From: Thermoproteota archaeon
GTDB taxonomy: Archaea; Thermoproteota; Thermoprotei; Gearchaeales; Gearchaeaceae
Length of the DNA: 64,000 bases
NCBI GenBank assembly: GCA_032249235.1
Contig: JAVVGF010000003.1
Location: 64,001 to 128,000, forward strand
Direction: 5' to 3'
Shown here: piece after piece, positions 58,858 to 64,000 of the stretch
Layout: each line of letters starts with the position of its first letter
Position numbering within the stretch: position 1 is the first letter of the stretch
Program-made: the position numbers and the translations under genes
Notes under the pieces: generated by a model
The model's database searches: none
What the model was told of the DNA's origin: nothing
Seen by the model: the letters and a program-made list of their open reading frames with translations, nothing else

Positions 58858-59601
58858 CTACAAACCTAGTTTAGCTTTAATCATTGCTATGTCTTCTTCT
58901 ATTTTTCTCAATCTTTCATTTAATAATGCTCTGATATCTCTTCTCAGTCTTCTAAACTCAATCTTAATATCTTTCCTCATATCTTTTATGTCATTTTTCA
59001 TACCTTTAATTTCGTTTAAAGTTTCTTCTTGTAAGCTTATAACTTGTTTAAAATTGTTATCTGTTTTATTAACGAAGTCTCTAAATTCGTTTCTAAAATC
59101 TGTAAATTCCTCTCTAAAATCTCTGAACTCTTGCCTGAAGTCTCTAAATTCGTTTCTAAAATCTGTAAATTCTTTTCTAAAGTCTCTAAACTCCTGTCTA
59201 AAGTCTCTAAATTCTTGTCTATAATCCCTGAATTCTTTTCTAAAATCTCTGAATTCTTGCCAATAATCCATGAATATACTTTGCATGGAGCCAAATCCCT
59301 CTTGTAATTCTTCTGCTAAATCGCCATATTTTATAGTGAAGTACTTTATACTAGCATCATAAGAAGCAGGTTCTTTCTCTATTTTCGTAACAACTATAGG
59401 AAGAGGAGCTTTAGTTATAGCTTCGATGAATTTTTCGATCTTGTTTTCTTCTCCTTGAACGAAAATACTTACGGAACCATCCAATTCATTCTTAATATAG
59501 CCTTGTAATGATAAAGCCTGAGCGTTATCTAAAGCATATCTTCTAAATCCAACTCTTTGAACCCTTCCGTAAACCTTTATGTTGTAAGCTTTTAATTCCA
59601 C
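58858..59601 (-). CDS. Acylphosphatase domain fused to a Phe-rich heptad-repeat coiled coil
   Basis: GRVQRVGFR and KNELDGSV motifs, then nine EFRDFRx-type heptads. Confidence 0.88.
   Translation of the reverse strand: MELKAYNIKVYGRVQRVGFRRYALDNAQALSLQGYIKNELDGSVSIFVQGEENKIEKFIEAITKAPLPIVVTKIEKEPASYDASIKYFTIKYGDLAEELQEGFGSMQSIFMDYWQEFRDFRKEFRDYRQEFRDFRQEFRDFRKEFTDFRNEFRDFRQEFRDFREEFTDFRNEFRDFVNKTDNNFKQVISLQEETLNEIKGMKNDIKDMRKDIKIEFRRLRRDIRALLNERLRKIEEDIAMIKAKLGL
59068..59256 (-). repeat. Coding 21-nt tandem repeat, 9 units (EF[RT]D[FY]xx)
   Basis: EFRDFRK EFRDYRQ EFRDFRQ EFRDFRK EFTDFRN EFRDFRQ EFRDFRE EFTDFRN EFRDFVN. Confidence 0.92.
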
Positions 59602-60020
59602 AAATACTCTAAATGATACAAATATTAAAGCTTATTCATGCATGTAGTCAGCTTAAGTTTTTATAATGTCTTATTTGGCTCTAAATTTTTGGGAATAATA
59701 TCTCTATATTAAAAGCAATTATTAAATAAAAATAAAGATTAAGTGTGCACAATGATCTGTTGGATATCTGTTATTTTTTTATTCTTAAATTTTCTTAATA
59801 AATAAATAAGATTTGATGTTAATAACACTATTCCATTAGAAGAAAGAAATTAAATATGTAACGATAGGATAGCGAGAAAGATTAATTCGATTTGCTGTAT
59901 TTTACTTAATTAATTTTTTTATTAAACCATTTAGCTAACTTGCTAGATATTTTGCTTTTGCTACTGTTTTCAAGAGACATAAATCGTATTAGTCTCACAT
60001 ATTTTTTATCTCAATTTAGT

Positions 60021-60329
60021 TCAAACCTTCTCTTCTCGAAAAACTCCTAAACCGTCATATAATACTTTCTTGTCTTTTAACATCGACTTTATTATTATAT
60101 TATTAAGCTTATTAGGTGTTATTACGATGATATCAGCTGAGAATCCTCTTTTCATATTATATAGTTTTGATGCTTCTTCAATTTCATCTTCAACCTTTTC
60201 TAGGATAACTAGAATATCGTAATCGCTTGACGGCCAAAAATCTCCTCTAGCTCTAGAACCAAAAAGTGCTATGCTCACTTTGCCATTATAGTAATTAATT
60301 ATCTTTTTTATGAATTCCTCAAATTGCAC
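60021..60329 (-). CDS. Minimal nucleotidyltransferase (MNT)
   Basis: LFGSRARGD...SDYDILV motif. Confidence 0.9.
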   Translation of the reverse strand: MQFEEFIKKIINYYNGKVSIALFGSRARGDFWPSSDYDILVILEKVEDEIEEASKLYNMKRGFSADIIVITPNKLNNIIIKSMLKDKKVLYDGLGVFREEKV

Positions 60330-60359
60330 ATTTAAAAATCATTTTAACATCATAAAAAT

Positions 60360-60746
60360 ATGGTTGAGAAATTTTGGTTTGAAAAGTCTAAAGAATTTTT
60401 AGAAATTGCTAGAAATAATAAGGAGAGTCATCCTTGGTTATCATGTTTTGCATCTCAACAAAGCGTAGAATTAGCGCTAAAAGGAATACTAGTTAAATAT
60501 AAAGGTTCATATCCCTTAACGCATGACTTAGGAGAATTGTTGAATTTGATAGGAAAGGAATTCTCAATAACGATATTACCAGAGATATTGAAGGAGTGTG
60601 ACTTCTTAACACCTCATTACACGCAGGCAAGATACTCAATGATTACTAACTATAATTCAAGAAAGGCTGAAAATTGCATTAATTCAGCTGAACGAATTTT
60701 GAGTTGGCTAAGTAGTTTTTTCAAAGAAATTAAAGAAATTCTTTGA
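60360..60746 (+). CDS. HEPN domain protein
   Basis: CF.SQQSVELALKG, THDL and L..HY..ARY motifs. Confidence 0.9.
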   Translation: MVEKFWFEKSKEFLEIARNNKESHPWLSCFASQQSVELALKGILVKYKGSYPLTHDLGELLNLIGKEFSITILPEILKECDFLTPHYTQARYSMITNYNSRKAENCINSAERILSWLSSFFKEIKEIL

Positions 60747-60840
60747 GGATTTCTTTATAGATAAAGAATTCATCAAACACAATCTCACTGTCGATTATTA
60801 TGATGTAAAATTTTTATTGTCTTTCTTCATCCTTTATTCT

Positions 60841-61473
60841 ATGAAGATTCTGGCTATATATAATCATTTTGCTGAAACATTGGGTACACTGAAACAATTT
60901 TTGAAAGATGTTGAAGAAGAACACGCTGAAAATATAAAGGGTGATGAAGAATTCGATGCACTAATCATAATGGGTGGACCAATGGGAGTTTATGAAGCTG
61001 ACAAGTATCCATTCCTTGCAAGAGAAATGGAATTAATCAAAAAAGCCTACAAACAAAGAAAGAGAATTTTAGGTATTTGTTTAGGTTCGCAATTGATTGC
61101 CGAGACATTAGGGGGAAAGGTGATGAAAGGACAATTTGGATGTGAGTTAGGACTACAGAAGGTTAAATTACTAGATGAAATGAAGGAGTTCTTTGGTCAA
61201 GAGGAACTCGATGTTTTTCAATATCACTGCGATACTTTTACATTACCACCTAATTCAAAATTATTAGCCTACAGCGAGAAATATTATCAAGCTTTCAGAA
61301 TAGAAAAGATCTTAGGCCTCCAGTTCCACATAGAAGTTGATTCGAATATGGTTAAGAGATGGTCAGAGGTTTACGGTTTAGATATTAAATTCGTCGAGGA
61401 AGTTAAAAGGTATGAAAATGAACTTAAAAAGAAGGCTGAGAGCATGATAAACTATTGGCTTTCTTTAAAATAA
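60841..61473 (+). CDS. Class I glutamine amidotransferase-like protein
   Basis: MGGPMGVYE, LGICLGSQL and QFHIE (Cys-His-Glu triad); ATG at 60841 preferred. Confidence 0.9.
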   Translation: MKILAIYNHFAETLGTLKQFLKDVEEEHAENIKGDEEFDALIIMGGPMGVYEADKYPFLAREMELIKKAYKQRKRILGICLGSQLIAETLGGKVMKGQFGCELGLQKVKLLDEMKEFFGQEELDVFQYHCDTFTLPPNSKLLAYSEKYYQAFRIEKILGLQFHIEVDSNMVKRWSEVYGLDIKFVEEVKRYENELKKKAESMINYWLSLK

Positions 61474-61499
61474 CTTTTCAGCGATATAATTTTATCATT

Positions 61500-61628
61500 T
61501 TAGTTTGTATGCAATTCATTTCTGAGACTAGATCCTGTTTCGCGTGACCTCCATTTAATCTTAGATGATTCCCATTCGATATAAGTTAAATCTTCCTCAT
61601 TAAACCGCTAAAGATTGAAACGTTCCAT
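61500..61628 (-). pseudogene. Remnant N-terminus of an archaeal AAA+ ATPase
   Basis: MERFNL*RFNEEDLTYIEWESSKIKW resembles the 'NPWW..EED...W....KW' start of COG1373-type ATPases, with an in-frame stop and truncation. Confidence 0.4.
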
Positions 61629-62396
61629 TATCAATTAAGTTGAAAATTGATATTTATATCCATTTTCAGTCATAATGAAAATCCCCAATTTGGATAAAAT
61701 TAAGGAATACCGCATGAATGAGCTATATTTTCTAATATAAGTATTACTATTCCTCTAGACTACAGGAGAAATAAGATGTAAAAATCAAAAAGAGACCAAG
61801 CATACTAGTAAAAGATTTGCAGGACATACCATTGGTAAGAGGATTCAGGTGATATTTAATCAAAAATACTTATGTAATCTATAATTCTGATTTACGATAT
61901 ATAAGTATAGAAAAATATCAGAGGGCATCTAATTGTAATTACATATTAAAGCAATATGATGTAACCAATTTACAAATAACCATTATTAATTGATATACTA
62001 GGTAATCATTTTCAGTCGACCCCTCATCTAGAGTCATTTATCACAGAATAAAATCTAGATCCGAACAAATAAGAACATGACTTTTAGAGGCTCTTGCTAC
62101 TTACTAATTTTTATATTTTTATTAAATAAAGATAAATACATAATAGTATAATTTTACATTTAAGATATAAGAATCTCATTAAAATCTCGCTTCAAAGTTC
62201 GTTTAATCTCCAGTTATGCGAACCGAAGAAAATAAACTAAAATTAGGTTACCAACCTGTCATAGAGAACTGGAATATGATTAGAACTTGTTTTTGAATAT
62301 GATGTCTTAGTTCAATCTTAGTTGATATAATTATGATAAAATTTGTAAATATATAATGATGAAATGTTACTTATTTGTATTAAAGATTAAAAATAT

Positions 62397-62834
62397 TTGT
62401 TGCGAACTCATGTCTTGCATCTTTTTGAAAACATATATATTAAAATGAATTATTTAATGACTATGGTTAGAAAAACAATTATTTTAGTAGCTCTAGTTGT
62501 AAGCATAATTCAAGTAGGAATAGGTTTGACCATTTATCTTACCAAAAATTACTCAATTGTATGGCTTCATGCAATATTTGGAACTTTGTTGGGTATACTT
62601 ATAATAGCAGGCTTGATTTTGGGTTGTAATTCAAGATTATTAAGAACTCATTTCCTTTCAGCTTTAATATTGATAGTAATTCAGTCTTCTATTTTCTTGA
62701 ATGTAATAGCGAACATTGATCCTTGGTACTTCTTAGGTGGTTTGAAAGGCATGATTCATTTAATCCTAGGCTTTTTAATAATGTTTATAATGATAGGTGC
62801 TACTGCTGTAGAATTTTTTGTTAAGAAAAAGTAA
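62397..62834 (+). CDS. Small four-TM membrane protein
   Basis: Four hydrophobic helices with intramembrane His (WLHA, THF, IHL); true start probably 62458-62464. Confidence 0.65.
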   Translation: MLRTHVLHLFENIYIKMNYLMTMVRKTIILVALVVSIIQVGIGLTIYLTKNYSIVWLHAIFGTLLGILIIAGLILGCNSRLLRTHFLSALILIVIQSSIFLNVIANIDPWYFLGGLKGMIHLILGFLIMFIMIGATAVEFFVKKK

Positions 62835-62864
62835 CTATTGACATGATAAATAGCGCTCACTTAT

Positions 62865-63296
62865 TTATGGGTCTATATTCTTCTCTTTAAAATAATTTAT
62901 TACATTGTTCATTATTTTGATTAAAATATTAGTTAAGTCGCTTATTTTATTATAAATTTGTTTTGGATTTAAATAAACATAATTATGAACAAGTATATTC
63001 CTAAGTTCTATTGCTTCTATGAATTTACTATTTAAAAATTCGTCTATGATTTTATTTTCTAATAGTATAAGGCTAATTTCTCTATATGAGTTAGGTGTTC
63101 TCCATTTCATATAAGAGATTAGAGCTTCGCATACATCTAATGTTGCTTTAATTGCTATTTGCAAATTTCTTTCGCATGTGTCTATCAAATTTTCATCGCT
63201 TAAGAATCTATTCAAATCAACTTCGGATATTTCCCTAAGTCTTCTTATTGCTCTCCAGAATCTATCTATTCTAGCTTTGACTCCTGGAGGCGGCAT
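62865..63296 (-). CDS. HepT-like (DUF86) HEPN ribonuclease toxin
   Basis: ERNLQIAI, P.SY.E and RNILVHNY (Rx4H) motifs. Confidence 0.9.
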   Translation of the reverse strand: MPPPGVKARIDRFWRAIRRLREISEVDLNRFLSDENLIDTCERNLQIAIKATLDVCEALISYMKWRTPNSYREISLILLENKIIDEFLNSKFIEAIELRNILVHNYVYLNPKQIYNKISDLTNILIKIMNNVINYFKEKNIDP

Positions 63297-63693
63297 CTTT
63301 TATTTCTTTAACAATTCTTTCGTAAAATTTATTAAAGATATGCTCAAAATCCAAATATTCATCTATTGCATTTATATAATCGTCCATATATTCATTGTAA
63401 TCCTTGCAGAAAAGCAAAATTCCATTTGAATAAATTTCATATTTAATTATCGTATTGGCTATATTTAAAGGAATTATATCTATATCTATATTCAATTTAA
63501 TGCTTAAATTAGACATAATCCTTAAGGTTTTATTTATATAATCGTTATTTTTTTTAAATTTTAAAGCTATATCTATATCGCTATATTCTTTAGCCGTTCC
63601 ATGCGCCACTGAACCGAAAAGTATCGCATATATGCAATCTTCTTTTTCGCAGATTTCTATGATGGCTTTCTTTATCTCCTCTAAATTCAGCAC
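63271..63693 (-). CDS. MntA-like nucleotidyltransferase antitoxin
   Basis: LFGSVAHG...SDIDIA and DIIPLN motifs; overlaps the HepT gene. Confidence 0.9.
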   Translation of the reverse strand: MLNLEEIKKAIIEICEKEDCIYAILFGSVAHGTAKEYSDIDIALKFKKNNDYINKTLRIMSNLSIKLNIDIDIIPLNIANTIIKYEIYSNGILLFCKDYNEYMDDYINAIDEYLDFEHIFNKFYERIVKEIKDAASRSQS

Positions 63694-63873
63694 ATATTAT
63701 TAATCTCAATTGGGCTAATATACTTAAGTATTTTTTTACTATCTTATTTGAAGTTCACATTTTTACATTTCTAATATCATGAATTATTCTTAAATAAATG
63801 TCTAATTTTGTTGAAATTAAAATAGTTAAATTAATTAAACAATATCATTTAGCGTTTCAAAAATGAGTTTAAA

Positions 63874-64000
63874 TCAGCGCTGGTAAGAAACTACCGTATA
63901 TATCTTTTTCTTGCTTGCTTCTTCTGCAGCATCAGGATAAATAAGAAAACCAAATAAGATGCCAATGCATTTAATCTTCAAGTAATCCTTTAATTTGTTA
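63874..64000 (-). CDS. 3' end of a gene entering from outside the window
   Basis: Open frame NKLKDYLKIKCIGILFGFLIYPDAAEEASKKKIYTVVSYQR*; loosely resembles the tail of PD-(D/E)xK-type proteins. Confidence 0.45.
   Translation of the reverse strand, partial: NKLKDYLKIKCIGILFGFLIYPDAAEEASKKKIYTVVSYQR

Noticed and set aside
59068-59256. Regular 21-nt repeats as a possible CRISPR array
   Set aside because: No unique spacers; units are contiguous, vary at synonymous sites and encode heptads in an ORF; no cas genes nearby.
58889-59307. Overlapping alternative-frame and antisense ORFs (also 45443-45722)
   Set aside because: They are stop-free shadows of the coding repeats.
61640-62390. Long intergenic stretch as possible ncRNA or origin
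   Set aside because: No tRNA fold, ORB-like repeats or strong hairpins were seen; most likely decayed gene debris.
1281-63429. Many 60-125 aa ORFs antisense to well-supported genes (e.g. 1281-1598, 17744-18046, 51580-51942, 55855-56229)
   Set aside because: They lie within or mostly overlap motif-supported genes on the opposite strand and have no recognisable features.

Overview
Very AT-rich archaeal chromosomal segment. The gene content (PaREP1, archaeal ATPases, cofGH, AcnX-type mevalonate enzymes, TreX-like isoamylase, SAMP/MoeB) suggests a thermophilic Thermoproteota/TACK member; this placement is inference only. About 55 genes: mostly metabolism and transport, interleaved with many HEPN/MNT/PIN toxin-antitoxin modules and decayed genes. 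No rRNA, tRNA or CRISPR array was seen. Highlights: (1) a four-gene divergent locus whose two secreted proteins share an N-terminal 'YY-x10-PP' strand and resemble the donor-strand 'thread' filament subunit plus a lectin-bearing cap; (2) a heme-copper oxidase operon with eNOR-like signatures but a Tyr at the cross-link position, an unannotated 51-aa subunit, an upstream palindrome and a downstream HTH regulator; (3) a thrC-like/ubiquitin-like sulfur carrier/MoeB/thrB operon; (4) two acylphosphatases fused to different heptad-repeat coiled coils; (5) a CBS-malic enzyme fusion; (6) IS200/IS605 remnants; (7) several single-base frameshifts, two in A8 runs, which may be sequencing errors. Family assignments come from motif recognition, not database searches.
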